The notes under the pieces are model-generated. The model was not told where the DNA came from. It saw nothing but the letters and a program-made list of their open reading frames with translations, and made no database searches. Positions 30,911 to 40,713 of a stretch of 53,402 bases of DNA are shown one piece after another. The stretch's first letter is position 1. The number at the start of each line of letters is the position of its first letter. This DNA is from Longimicrobiales bacterium. Its GTDB lineage: Bacteria; Gemmatimonadota; Gemmatimonadetes; Longimicrobiales; Gaopeijiaceae. The stretch is taken from NCBI GenBank assembly GCA_965197725.1, contig CBDANQ010000045.1, positions 1-53,402 on the forward strand. Direction: 5' to 3'. A program made the translations under genes and the position numbers.

Positions 30911-31894
30911 TCACGATTCCAGCAGGTCGGCCACAATGAGGTCGCCGTGCTCTCGGCCGTTCTCGATGAAGATCTTGTTCGCGTTGTGCCCTGCCGCGAT
31001 CACGCCCGCGATGTAGAGACCGGGCACGTTCGTGCGCATGGTCGTCTTGTCGTGCGCCGGAATGCCCGTCTCCTGGTCGATCTCGACGCCGAGCGCCTGG
31101 AGGGGGGTGTGGTCTGCTCGCCACCCGGTCATTGCGACCACAAAGTCATTGTGAATCTCCGTATCGGCGCCGGTGGCCTCGTCACGGACGACGACCGATG
31201 AAGGACGAATCTCGGCGACGCGGCAATTCCAGCGGACGCCGATCTCGCCTCGCTCCAGACGATTCGTGATGTCGGGCACGACCCAGGGCTTTACGCCTCG
31301 ATCGATCTTGTCGAGGAAGTGCACCATCGTGACCCGCGCGCCGTTCCTGTACATCTCGAGCGCTGACTCGACCGCTGAGTTGCCCGCGCCGACGACGAGC
31401 ACGTCCTGGTCGTGGTAGGCGTAGGGCTCTTGGTAGTAGTGGCGCACCCTGTCGAGATCCTCTCCCGGCACGCCGAGCAGGTTCGGGTGGTCGAAACTTC
31501 CGGTGGCCACGACGACCGCGGCGGCGTGGTACCTCTCCTCCGTGCCGTCGGCCTTCCTCGTTTCGAGCGTGAAGTCGCCTTCGTCCCCGCGGACCGCTTC
31601 GACCTTCTGGTACTGTCGCACATCGATGCCACAGTGGTCGACGACCCTACGATAGTACGCGAGCGCCTCCCGACGGGTCGGCTTCGAGTTGGGGATCGTG
31701 AACGGGACACCGCCGACCTCCAACATCACCGCGGTGCTGAAGAAGGTCATGTAGTAGGGATAGCTCATGAGCGAGCTCGTCACGCACCCTTTGTCGAAGA
31801 GCACGCACGATACCCCGGCCTTCTTCGCGGTCGCGCCTACGGCGATGCCACACGGCCCTGCACCGATGACGATGAGTTGGAATTGCTCGTTCAT
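30911..31894 (-). CDS. ypdA: YpdA-family putative bacillithiol disulfide reductase
   Basis: IGAGPCG, YP..MTFFST, KPTRREAL.YYR, GAGNSA, VKPWV.PDI.NR, IFIENGR.H. Confidence 0.88.
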   Translation of the reverse strand: MNEQFQLIVIGAGPCGIAVGATAKKAGVSCVLFDKGCVTSSLMSYPYYMTFFSTAVMLEVGGVPFTIPNSKPTRREALAYYRRVVDHCGIDVRQYQKVEAVRGDEGDFTLETRKADGTEERYHAAAVVVATGSFDHPNLLGVPGEDLDRVRHYYQEPYAYHDQDVLVVGAGNSAVESALEMYRNGARVTMVHFLDKIDRGVKPWVVPDITNRLERGEIGVRWNCRVAEIRPSSVVVRDEATGADTEIHNDFVVAMTGWRADHTPLQALGVEIDQETGIPAHDKTTMRTNVPGLYIAGVIAAGHNANKIFIENGREHGDLIVADLLES

Positions 31895-31954
31895 GCGGGC
31901 AGACTACCCCCCTGGCTTGAGCGGTTCCAGCCCCCGTGCGCGATGACATCCGGC

Positions 31955-34222
31955 TCAGAACCGGTACACGTAGTTCATCTTCACCGACCCGCCGCGCGAC
32001 AGCGTGATCAGGTCGCGGTCGTCCAGGATATTCGGCCCGAGGTTCTGCCAGTTGTGGGTATAGACGAGAAAGAGGTCGTTGCCGGGCTTCAGGATCCAAC
32101 GGAGGCGCGCGAAGAGACCCACGAGTTGGGTCTGGTCATCGTAGCGGAGTTGGCCGGTCGCGCTGATCCACTGACTCGGGCTCCAGTCGGTCTCGACCTC
32201 GTATACGTTGGCGTCGAAGCTCCCCTGCGGGAGCGTAACCTTGTTGACCTGGAGGTTGGTGCCGATGCTGACCCCCGGCTTCGGCCGGAAGGTGATCCGG
32301 CCCCCGAAACCGGTGCGGGTACCGTCCCAGAATCCAGATCGGTTGATGACTCCAAAGACGGAAACCCGCCGCCGGCCAGCGGTGCCGCCTCGAATCGAGT
32401 ACTCCCAGTTCGTGTATTCGCCGGGTTGAATCGTGATGCCCTCGTTCACGTCAAACGCAAGGTCCAGATACTCGTACGTCCGCTTGGCGCTGAAGTTGAC
32501 GTTGTCTCCGCTCTCGAAACGGACCCCGAACACGTCGAAGTCCCACTCCCGTTCTTCCAGGATCCCGGTGTCCACCGCGGTCAGGTTCCGGAATTGAGCC
32601 GAGAAACTCAAGCTGCGGATCCAGTCGATGCTCTCGGGTCGCGGAGAGTAGCCGATCCGTGGCTCCACACGCCGAAAGCCGTTTCTGGTAATGAAGCCCA
32701 TGGTGGGCCGATAGTCGTCTCCGAACTCCCGGTAGGAGACATGCCCAGACCATATATCGTTCGGGAAGTTGAAGCGGATGCCCCGCGCCGAAAGGTCACC
32801 GAGCGACAGGTCCACGGTTGGATCGGGGTTCGAGTTCCAGACGACGAACGCCTCGAGCTCGGCGTTGTTATTTCCCATGAAACTACGTGAAGCCAGCTGG
32901 AGATCGATTCCCGCGGTCTGTCCTATCTCGGGTGTGAAGCCGCTCTCGTCCACCGAGGTCGAGCGCCGCGTGTAGATGGCGCCGATCGAGGATTGCTCGA
33001 AGATGCGTCTCTTCACGCGGCCCGCCGTGAAATGCTCGGTGGGGACCAGGGTGTCGCCCCCCTCTTCCGTGAAGAAGCTCTGCTCGCCCGTCCCGATCTG
33101 GTAGAAGCCCACCTCGTACGGCCCGACCTGGCCAGTCACCCGCGTACCGTAGTCGATGGGGATCTGCTGGCCCGAATTGAGCCCGATTTGCCGTGAGAAG
33201 AACGGTTGTGGACTGCTCCTCCGGGCGAACGAGAAGCCGCCCGATCCCTCCAGGAAGAAATCGCGCCGCTCCGGGAAACGTATCGGGAAGCGTGTGAGGT
33301 TCACGCGCCGCTGGTCACTCTCTACCTCCGCGAAGTCGGTGTTCACCGAGAACGACGCTCGCAGACTGGAGGTGATGCTGTAGTTCAGGTCCAGGCTGAC
33401 GTCGCGCGGGTACGTTGTCGGTGTGGCATTCGTGGGCACCTCGCGCCAACCCACGATCGAGGAGGGCACAGCCTCGAGTCCGAGTCCCTGGGACATGCCC
33501 TGGAGGCATCTCAGCTCGCCCGCGTACACTGGTCGAAAAAGTCCTTCGTTGCGCCTCCACCCGCGCCAAAGGATCTCCTCGTTGCGGCGCCGGATGGTAC
33601 GCTGGAAGTTGATGCCCCACGTGTCCGAGCTGGGATCGAAGTTGAGCGTCCGGAACGGAATCCGGATCTCCGCGGACCAGCCGTCGGGGCGGCTCGCTGT
33701 GCGGGCCTCCCAGATGCCGTCCCACGCTTTGTTGATCCTGCCGCCGCCGCCGCCGCCTCCCCCCATGAGGCCATCGCCCATGAGTCCGGCGGCGTTGATC
33801 TCGAAGAAGTAGCCGGTGCGCCCGTCACGGAACGTGTCGAGGATCCACATGAAGCGATCGTCGGTGCGCAGCGACGCGTCACGCTCGCGCTGAAAGGCGA
33901 GGATCCCTTCCGGGTCGTCGTAGATGATGGCCCCGATGTACAGGTTGTCCTCGTCGTAGGCGACCCAGATCTCCGTGCGCTCGGACGGTGCGCCGCCCTC
34001 CAGCGGATCCTGTTGCGTGAAGTCCGAGATGGGTACCGCGCTCGACCAGAACTCCTCCACGATCCGGCCGTCGAGCTGGACGTCCGCGCCGTTGCTCAGC
34101 AGCCGGTACGCCTCCATAACGGGAAGCTCGTCCCCGCTCGACTGTTGGGCAGCGGCAAAGGAACACGCACCTGACAGCGCGAGGCATATAGCGGTAGCGG
34201 CTGGCAGCGCCGTTCGCGTCAT
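31955..34222 (-). CDS. CBM9-like + DUF5916 outer-membrane beta-barrel protein
   Basis: Signal peptide from the ATG at 34222; DFTQQDP, WSAEIRIPF, NTDFAEVE, FPERRDFFLE; C-terminal aromatic YVYRF. Confidence 0.85.
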   Translation of the reverse strand: MTRTALPAATAICLALSGACSFAAAQQSSGDELPVMEAYRLLSNGADVQLDGRIVEEFWSSAVPISDFTQQDPLEGGAPSERTEIWVAYDEDNLYIGAIIYDDPEGILAFQRERDASLRTDDRFMWILDTFRDGRTGYFFEINAAGLMGDGLMGGGGGGGGRINKAWDGIWEARTASRPDGWSAEIRIPFRTLNFDPSSDTWGINFQRTIRRRNEEILWRGWRRNEGLFRPVYAGELRCLQGMSQGLGLEAVPSSIVGWREVPTNATPTTYPRDVSLDLNYSITSSLRASFSVNTDFAEVESDQRRVNLTRFPIRFPERRDFFLEGSGGFSFARRSSPQPFFSRQIGLNSGQQIPIDYGTRVTGQVGPYEVGFYQIGTGEQSFFTEEGGDTLVPTEHFTAGRVKRRIFEQSSIGAIYTRRSTSVDESGFTPEIGQTAGIDLQLASRSFMGNNNAELEAFVVWNSNPDPTVDLSLGDLSARGIRFNFPNDIWSGHVSYREFGDDYRPTMGFITRNGFRRVEPRIGYSPRPESIDWIRSLSFSAQFRNLTAVDTGILEEREWDFDVFGVRFESGDNVNFSAKRTYEYLDLAFDVNEGITIQPGEYTNWEYSIRGGTAGRRRVSVFGVINRSGFWDGTRTGFGGRITFRPKPGVSIGTNLQVNKVTLPQGSFDANVYEVETDWSPSQWISATGQLRYDDQTQLVGLFARLRWILKPGNDLFLVYTHNWQNLGPNILDDRDLITLSRGGSVKMNYVYRF

Positions 34223-34273
34223 TCGATAGCTCCGGTCGCAATTTTCCCCAGGAGCGAGCTCGCACCCGGGAAT

Positions 34274-34310
34274 ACCATGCGAGACACCATGCGAGACACC
34301 ATGCGAGACA
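34274..34310. repeat. 12-bp perfect tandem repeat x3 (ACCATGCGAGAC)
   Basis: Directly visible in the divergent intergenic region. Confidence 0.92.
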
Positions 34311-34377
34311 AATAGGGGCGTGTCGTTGTTGGGCTGCTCCGGGTGCGCACGGGAAGGCCCTCGTACATTTTCCGAGC

Positions 34378-35520
34378 ATGACGTTAAGGGAGGGGACGAG
34401 CCCGAAGAAGGCCGAGTCGGTCGCTGTCGACTTCGACGCACTTGCGACGGAGTTGGCTGTGCGTTTCTCCGCCGGTGTGGAATCACCCTGGAGCGATACC
34501 GACTTCGGGGCGCTCGCGCTCCGGGTCTTCGAGTATCAGTTCGCACACAACCCGACGTATCGGCGCTACAGTGAGCGACGCGGTGCGACTCCGAGGACGG
34601 TGCGAGCGTGGTGGGACGTTCCGCTTGTCCCGACAGGCGCCTTCAAGCACCTGGATCTGGTGGCAGGTGAAGCGCGCACGGCGGAAGCCGTGTTCCACAC
34701 CAGCGGGACCAACACGCAAAGTGGCGCCCCAGGACGGCACCTCATTCCGCGGCTGTCGTTGTACGGGGCGTCGCTGCTCCCACCCTTCAAGGCGCATTTG
34801 CTGCCCGACACGGACAGGCTCCGGTTCATCTCGCTCATCCCCTCACCGGACGAGCTGCCGCGGTCATCGTTGTCGCACATGGTAGGAGTGGCCGCGCAGG
34901 TCTTCGCGAGCGACGTGCACTGGGTGGTCGACGGCTCGGGCGTGCTCGACCGTGAGCTCCTCACCGGCGCGATGCACGACTCGAGCAGGGAGCGTGAAGC
35001 GGTCCTGTTGCTCGGAACCGCGTTCGCGTTTGTGCATGCGCTCGACCAGGATGCGCTCAGCTCCCTGCCTCCGGGCAGCCGGATCATGGAAACCGGCGGC
35101 TTCAAGGGCCGTTCCCGGGAGGTTCCGAAGGTCGAGCTGTACGCGACTCTCTCGTCGGAGACGAGCGTCGCAGTCGACCACATCGTGAACGAGTACGGCA
35201 TGACGGAGTTGCAGTCCCAGCTTTACACACCCGTGATGAGTGAACAGGCCCAGGACGGTAGCGCGCACGTGTTGCCTCCGTGGATGCGGGTGCGGGCGCT
35301 CGACCCCTCGACGCTGGAGGAATTGGAGGAAGGTGCTGAGGGCCTGCTCGCGTTCTTCGACCTGGCGAACGCCGGGTCGGTGTGTCACGTGCTCACCGAG
35401 GACGTGGGGTCCGTCAGGCGCGGCCGAGTCCGTCTTGCGGGCCGGGTGGTCGGGGCAGAGCCACGCGGCTGTTCGCGGGCGATGGACGACCTCATGGCTG
35501 CTTCAGACGCGTCGCGATGA
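34378..35520 (+). CDS. LuxE-family acyl-protein synthetase
   Basis: F.YQF..NP.Y, FHTSGT, METGGFKGR, EYGMTEL, DLAN, TED.G, GAEPRGC (acyl-accepting Cys). Confidence 0.87.
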   Translation: MTLREGTSPKKAESVAVDFDALATELAVRFSAGVESPWSDTDFGALALRVFEYQFAHNPTYRRYSERRGATPRTVRAWWDVPLVPTGAFKHLDLVAGEARTAEAVFHTSGTNTQSGAPGRHLIPRLSLYGASLLPPFKAHLLPDTDRLRFISLIPSPDELPRSSLSHMVGVAAQVFASDVHWVVDGSGVLDRELLTGAMHDSSREREAVLLLGTAFAFVHALDQDALSSLPPGSRIMETGGFKGRSREVPKVELYATLSSETSVAVDHIVNEYGMTELQSQLYTPVMSEQAQDGSAHVLPPWMRVRALDPSTLEELEEGAEGLLAFFDLANAGSVCHVLTEDVGSVRRGRVRLAGRVVGAEPRGCSRAMDDLMAASDASR

Positions 35521-36917
35521 GCCACGTCTTCGACGCATGGGCGCTGCCGCCCGGGGTCAGCCTTCCCCACCGGCCGAGCTTGTCGTTCGAGAGTGGGTCG
35601 ACGCAGGTCCGCTACCTCGACGCCGATCCCGATTGGTTGGCGCGGGTGCTCGACGCGCTTGGTGATTCGCGATCCGGGCTCGTGGATCGGCGTGCCGGCG
35701 ATCTGTGCGTGACCCTCGGCGCGGTCGGCGCGCGATTGCTCGACCCCGACGACACGCTCCGGATGAAGGCGCTCGAGTACCTGCCTGCCGATTCGGGGCT
35801 GTCGCCCGAGATGGCGACGGTCGTACTCGACGGCATGGCGCGCGACTGGGCGGAGGACCGGCTGCGAGCGCTGCTCGACGCCGAGTTCAGCGACGTCGCG
35901 TATCTCGATGGCTTCGTCGAGCGTGAGGGTCGGAGCTCCATGGCGATGGGCCCTGGGCTTTGTTTTCAGGTCATCGCAGGTAGCGTGCCCGGCGTCGCGG
36001 TATCAGCACTGATCCGGAGCCTGCTCGTAAAGTCACCTACGCTGCTGAAACCGGGTCGGGGTGACTCCGTACTTCCGGTCCTCTTCGCGTCGGCGCTTCA
36101 CGAGGTGGACCCGGAGCTCGCTGGCGCCCTCGCTGTGGTGTATTGGCCGGGTGGCAGCGAAGTCCTCGAGGACGTCGCGCTCCTGCGGGCGGATGCGGTC
36201 GTCGCATACGGGGGCGACGACACTGTTGCCGCGCTTCGCCAGCGCACGCCGGTTACGACCCGCTTCGTCGCGTACCATCATCGCTTCAGCGTCGCGGTCG
36301 TGGGAGTCGAGGCACTCGGACGACCTCACGCCAAGGCAAGCGCTGCGTCCCTGGCGAACGCGGTGGCGATCTTCGACCAACGCGGCTGCGTCTCGCCTCG
36401 CGTCGTATACGTCGAGGAGGGTGGAACGGTCAGCCCACGGGCGTTCGCGAGCCTACTTGCACAAAGCCTCGCTGACCTGGAACGCGACCTCCCCAGTGGC
36501 GCACTCGACAGAGCCGAAGCCTCCGCGCTCCACCAGGTCAGGGGAACCGCCGAGCTGATGGTCGCCTCCGAATCCGGGACGGAGATCCATCACGGAGGTG
36601 ACGCCCCCTGGACGGTGATCTTCGACCGTGGCCCGATGGCCTTGGCGCCGAGCTTGGGCCGGACGGTTCGGGTCGTGCCACTCACGGACTTGCAGCAGCT
36701 TCCCGACCTACTGGCTCGTATCGGCGCACACCTACAGACCGTGGGGACCGCGGGACTCGGAGATCGCGAACAGGAACTAGCGTCGCGCCTGGGTCGCGCC
36801 GGGGTCTCACGCGTGGTGCCGTTCTCGGAGGTGCCCTTTCCTCCCCCGTGGTGGCATCACGATGGAGGAAGCCCGCTGGGAGACCTGGTGAGGTGGGTCG
36901 AACTCGGAAGCGGGTGA
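35517..36917 (+). CDS. LuxC-family acyl-CoA reductase
   Basis: AGSVPG, LLVKS..LLKP, AYGGDDT, DQRGCVSP catalytic Cys, HDG near the C-terminus; ATGA coupling to the luxE-like gene. Confidence 0.87.
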   Translation: MSHVFDAWALPPGVSLPHRPSLSFESGSTQVRYLDADPDWLARVLDALGDSRSGLVDRRAGDLCVTLGAVGARLLDPDDTLRMKALEYLPADSGLSPEMATVVLDGMARDWAEDRLRALLDAEFSDVAYLDGFVEREGRSSMAMGPGLCFQVIAGSVPGVAVSALIRSLLVKSPTLLKPGRGDSVLPVLFASALHEVDPELAGALAVVYWPGGSEVLEDVALLRADAVVAYGGDDTVAALRQRTPVTTRFVAYHHRFSVAVVGVEALGRPHAKASAASLANAVAIFDQRGCVSPRVVYVEEGGTVSPRAFASLLAQSLADLERDLPSGALDRAEASALHQVRGTAELMVASESGTEIHHGGDAPWTVIFDRGPMALAPSLGRTVRVVPLTDLQQLPDLLARIGAHLQTVGTAGLGDREQELASRLGRAGVSRVVPFSEVPFPPPWWHHDGGSPLGDLVRWVELGSG

Positions 36918-36930
36918 GGAGCTGTGCGCT

Positions 36931-37128
36931 CTACTCCTCTTCGTCAGGCTGTTGCTCAGCCCGCCATATGACCATTTGACGCCCTCCCCGCGGATTCTCT
37001 TCAACCCGGACGGTCAGGGAGTCGCCCTCATCGATCCCCAAGTCTTCCCGCATATCCTGGGGAATCGTTACCCGCCCACCGACGCCGACTGTGACATCCG
37101 TATAGTAGAGGGTACGATAGATGGCCAT
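36931..37128 (-). CDS. AbrB/MazE/SpoVT-family DNA-binding protein
   Basis: GRVTIPQDMREDLGIDEGD; GAGGAGG RBS. Confidence 0.85.
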   Translation of the reverse strand: MAIYRTLYYTDVTVGVGGRVTIPQDMREDLGIDEGDSLTVRVEENPRGGRQMVIWRAEQQPDEEE

Positions 37129-37308
37129 TCAGCCTCCTCGTGTTTCGTTCTAGAGCCACGTAAGCTAAGCAAAAGCGCAACGGCTCTGAAGACAGTCGCC
37201 GTGGCCGCGTAACGCACCGCGAGAACCGCGAATGGGGCCTCCTTCGAGCTTCAGCGGCCGACGCTCTCGGAGCTCCTGCGTTGGGTGCGGGAGGCCTCGC
37301 AGCCAGAC

Positions 37309-37590
37309 CTATTCCTCGTCGTGGGGTAGAGCAGACCGGAGCAACCCTTCCAACTGACGGTCATCGAAGCTGCGCGCCTTCGCGACAGCCTCCTCGTAGC
37401 TCCGCTCGATGACGATGACGGTTGTCCTTACTGGCTCCCCCGCGAAGTCGATCGAGTCGGCGGCGTCGAATCGAAGACGCGCGCGGTAGGTGTCCGGCCG
37501 ATGGGGGTCATCGTCGAACTCGAGGTATGCGTCCCAGATCCGTCTTCTGTGCGCGATCGTCGCGACATGGATGCCGGGAACAGGCGTCAT
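37309..37590 (-). CDS. Hypothetical protein
   Basis: 93-aa ORF with typical codon usage, downstream of the transglutaminase gene. Confidence 0.65.
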   Translation of the reverse strand: MTPVPGIHVATIAHRRRIWDAYLEFDDDPHRPDTYRARLRFDAADSIDFAGEPVRTTVIVIERSYEEAVAKARSFDDRQLEGLLRSALPHDEE

Positions 37591-37627
37591 ATTTGGACCA
37601 TCCGTGCCGAGGTCCCGTGACGGTAGG

Positions 37628-39637
37628 TCACCCTTTGGCGCGCAGCGTCTTCCGCGCGACCCCGAGCGCTTCGCTCATCTCGCGAAGCTCCGACTCACCA
37701 AGCATTTCCTGCCCGTAGCGCGCGCGTAGGTAAAGGTCGACAACGCGTTCCGCGGCTCGTCCGGCGGTCGCTCGGCGCTCCCGGACTCTGGCCACCAACG
37801 CGAGCGGCGTCAGCCCAGGGGTGATGCCGAGCTGCGCACGCGCGCATGCTTCCCGCAGCTGAAGGTACGCGCGGGTCGCGGACGTTACCTCGCGGCCGCC
37901 ACGGCGAGCCCAGAAGAGGCCTGCGACGAGCAGGAGCAGGAGTAGCGCTACACCGAAAGGGCTTCGCCCGGATTCGACGCTCGTGCCGGTCGGAGAGTCC
38001 TGCGTCCTGCCTCCCAACAGTCCCGACCAGCGATCGAAAATTCCTAACTGATCGTCCACACTGTAGTTGAGCACCCACTTGCTCCACCGGTGCTGGAGTC
38101 CGTCGAAGAAGATCCGCCCCGGCCAGAACCAGGAAGTGAGCTGGGCCGACGACCCGACGCCGGCAGGCGTCGGGTCGAACATCACCCAACCGTAGCCTGG
38201 GAACCAAACCTCGACCCAGGAGTGCGCCTCGTGCTGCGTCACGACCAGGTAGTTGCCGAACTGGCTCCACTGACCGCCCAAGAACCCGTTCACATTTCGG
38301 GTCCGCACACCGAGTGTGCGTAGCATGACCGCCATCGCAGTGCTGAAATATTCGCAGTGGCCGGCTTGCCGCTCGAAGAGGAAGTAGTGGAGCGTCGTCT
38401 GGCGCGCAGTGGCGGGCAGGTCACGCGTGTACTCGAAGCTTTGAAGATACCGCTGGATCGCGACCGCCTGGTCGTACGGGTTGTCGAGTCCGGCGGTCAA
38501 GGAGTCCGCGAGGGCCGCGACGCGTGGGCCAAGATCGTTCGACAGCTGCGCAAAGTGCCGGGCACGGGGGGTGTAACCCTCAGCGACCCGTAGGGAGTCG
38601 GGCCTGGGCGGCCGAGAGCGTGAGTACGCGGTATACGAAGGCGCGCCGCTGCCCCAGTAGAGGTGGTCGCCCGTGTTGTCAGAGAGAGGTTGGATCCCGT
38701 TCCCCGCTTCGATTTTGATGGCAGGGTGGAGCGCAAAGAGCACACGCACGTCGAGCGGAGCGGCGAAGATCCTCTGCTCGATGAGGCCTCCGCTCCACCG
38801 CTCCCGATAAAAGCGCGGCACCGCCGACGGGGGGAGGTTCCTCGAGCGCACCCAACGGATGCCGTCGAAGCGGTCGTACGAGCGACCACGCCAGTGCAGT
38901 GAAGCGATGTCCTGCGGCGGACCCTCCGGGAACTCGACCCGGAGCACGATCTCCGGATTGCCGAGAATCGTCGAGCCGAACTGTCCGAGAGAGATCTGAT
39001 CACTGAAGCCCGCGATGGACGTAGCCAGCGTCTCGCCGCGTCCCGCCCACCCTTGAGACACGCGAGGAAACGCGACGAAGACGCCGAGCGCCACCATCAG
39101 GATCACCCCGGAGAGTGCTCCCGTAGTGGCAACGAGTCCTCGGCCGAGCGGAAGTTCCCTGACCTGGTGGGCCTCGGCCTCCCGGCGCAGGTGTCCGACC
39201 ATGAGCGCGAGCGTCGCGATACCGGTGTATGCTACGAAGGCGATCAGGAAGACGACACCGGGGCGATACGCGGTGGACGCCAGGATCAGCGCGAAAGAGA
39301 GCGCGTAGAGGCGAACATCGTTCGGAGCGTCGAGTGACCGCAACGCCTCCGCCGACATCAGCAGCAGCAGCAGATCGACGACCGGGATCACCACGTCGTC
39401 CTGGATGACGAAGACGTGGATCAGCGCGCGGGCCACGAGCAGTGCCGCGAGAGGTAGAAAGACCTTCTCCATGCGCGCGGAGAGGCCGCGATCCGGGTGC
39501 CAGAAGAGGGCGGTGGCGAGCGCGAGCGCGGCAAGCGCGGCGGAGATCGGCTCGAAGCCTGCTCCACCCGCGAACGCGACCAAGCCGGTGAGGCCCATGG
39601 AGACCGCGAGCCGTCGGTGGAGCAACCTCAGACTCAT
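37628..39637 (-). CDS. Membrane transglutaminase-like protein (TgpA/DUF3488 family)
   Basis: N-terminal TM bundle, WRG, GHCEYFSTA, HSWVEVW, FDPTP (Cys-His-Asp triad). Confidence 0.9.
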   Translation of the reverse strand: MSLRLLHRRLAVSMGLTGLVAFAGGAGFEPISAALAALALATALFWHPDRGLSARMEKVFLPLAALLVARALIHVFVIQDDVVIPVVDLLLLLMSAEALRSLDAPNDVRLYALSFALILASTAYRPGVVFLIAFVAYTGIATLALMVGHLRREAEAHQVRELPLGRGLVATTGALSGVILMVALGVFVAFPRVSQGWAGRGETLATSIAGFSDQISLGQFGSTILGNPEIVLRVEFPEGPPQDIASLHWRGRSYDRFDGIRWVRSRNLPPSAVPRFYRERWSGGLIEQRIFAAPLDVRVLFALHPAIKIEAGNGIQPLSDNTGDHLYWGSGAPSYTAYSRSRPPRPDSLRVAEGYTPRARHFAQLSNDLGPRVAALADSLTAGLDNPYDQAVAIQRYLQSFEYTRDLPATARQTTLHYFLFERQAGHCEYFSTAMAVMLRTLGVRTRNVNGFLGGQWSQFGNYLVVTQHEAHSWVEVWFPGYGWVMFDPTPAGVGSSAQLTSWFWPGRIFFDGLQHRWSKWVLNYSVDDQLGIFDRWSGLLGGRTQDSPTGTSVESGRSPFGVALLLLLLVAGLFWARRGGREVTSATRAYLQLREACARAQLGITPGLTPLALVARVRERRATAGRAAERVVDLYLRARYGQEMLGESELREMSEALGVARKTLRAKG

Positions 39638-40713
39638 GCGGCCGCCTCGACGTGCAGTTTCGCGTCTCTGCCCACCGCCAGGACGTCGCCGAAGCCGCCG
39701 CCGCCCTCGACACAAACGAGGATGCACGACGCAGGATCTACCGGGGGCTCAAGCGCCGGGTTCGTCGGCAGGAAGTCAACTCGAGCCAGAACATCGAGGA
39801 TTCGCTCGAGTTGACCGGGGCCCTCGCCAGGCTCGAGCACGACGTCTCCAGCCACGAGCGCTACGGGCCTGGCTTCGGCAATGGCGCGAGCGGCCAGTGA
39901 CGCAGCGACCTCGACCGCTACCTCGGCCGCGTCCGTCGGTTCTGCCCGCGTATCGAGGCAGATCCAGCGCGAATCTGCCCCGTCGCGCTCATACTCGCGA
40001 ATGACGGGCTCACGCAACCGCGCGGAAGAACGCCAGTGGATGTCACGGGGGTCGTCGCCGGGGCGGTAGGCTCTCAGGCTACGGTACTCGCCTGTCGTGC
40101 CGGTGGCCCCCCGGGCCGAAACGCCGAGCCTGGGTACGCGCCCACCGCCAGGTGACGGTGCGCGCACCGGCCGGTCCGAGCGCGGCCACACGACGACCTC
40201 CCCGGGGATCTGGATGTCGCGCTGTTTCAGAAACATCCCGAATGGGAACGCCGTCGAGAGCGTCACGGTCCCCAGCGGGTAGATACCGCGCCGCACGAAG
40301 CTGTTCGTCGAACGAGCCTCAACGGTGCCCCTGGCCGGAACGTGCGCCAGGAACGCGCTCTCCGGCAGGCCCTCCTCGAAAATCTCCAGCGCGAGGCTCG
40401 GTAGCCGCTTCTTGAGGTTGCGTACCTGGTAGCCGAGTCGCATCGGTTGCCCCACCGTGACCGCGCGGTGCAGGTGGCGTTGGACGCGCAGTCCCGAGAT
40501 CGCTTGCTCGGAGAGCCACCCGCTCACGGCGATGAAGCCGAGCATCGACCCGAGCAGCAGATAGAGCAGGTTATTGCCCGTGTTCATCGCCGCGAAGCCG
40601 ACCGCGAGGGCGCCGATCGTGAAGACGAGCCCGCCCGACGTGAAGCTGATGCGCCGCCAGGCCCGGAGCTTCCGCCATGTCTCTCTGATCGCAGCGAACA
40701 GCGCGGGAATCAA
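39634..40713 (-). CDS. DUF58 domain protein
   Basis: NTGNNLLY, RRG, FPFG, LRAYRPGDDPRDIHWRSSAR. Confidence 0.9.
   Translation of the reverse strand: MIPALFAAIRETWRKLRAWRRISFTSGGLVFTIGALAVGFAAMNTGNNLLYLLLGSMLGFIAVSGWLSEQAISGLRVQRHLHRAVTVGQPMRLGYQVRNLKKRLPSLALEIFEEGLPESAFLAHVPARGTVEARSTNSFVRRGIYPLGTVTLSTAFPFGMFLKQRDIQIPGEVVVWPRSDRPVRAPSPGGGRVPRLGVSARGATGTTGEYRSLRAYRPGDDPRDIHWRSSARLREPVIREYERDGADSRWICLDTRAEPTDAAEVAVEVAASLAARAIAEARPVALVAGDVVLEPGEGPGQLERILDVLARVDFLPTNPALEPPVDPASCILVCVEGGGGFGDVLAVGRDAKLHVEAAA

Noticed and set aside
31412..32890. Long antisense and alternate-frame ORFs (e.g. 492 aa here; 15318..16367; 3775..4761)
   Set aside because: Shadow ORFs typical of high-GC coding DNA; they overlap well-supported genes and show no recognisable motifs.
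34274..34310. CRISPR array
   Set aside because: Repeats are contiguous with no spacers, too short, and there are no cas genes.
34223..34546. N-terminal extension of the DUF5916 ORF with SHGV repeats
   Set aside because: Read-through of intergenic DNA and luxE antisense; the signal peptide starts at 34222.
34378..36917. Bioluminescence operon
   Set aside because: No luxA, luxB or luxD present.
36931..37590. Toxin-antitoxin pair (AbrB-like plus neighbour)
   Set aside because: No toxin downstream; the neighbour is upstream, 180 bp away, and has no PIN or MazF features.
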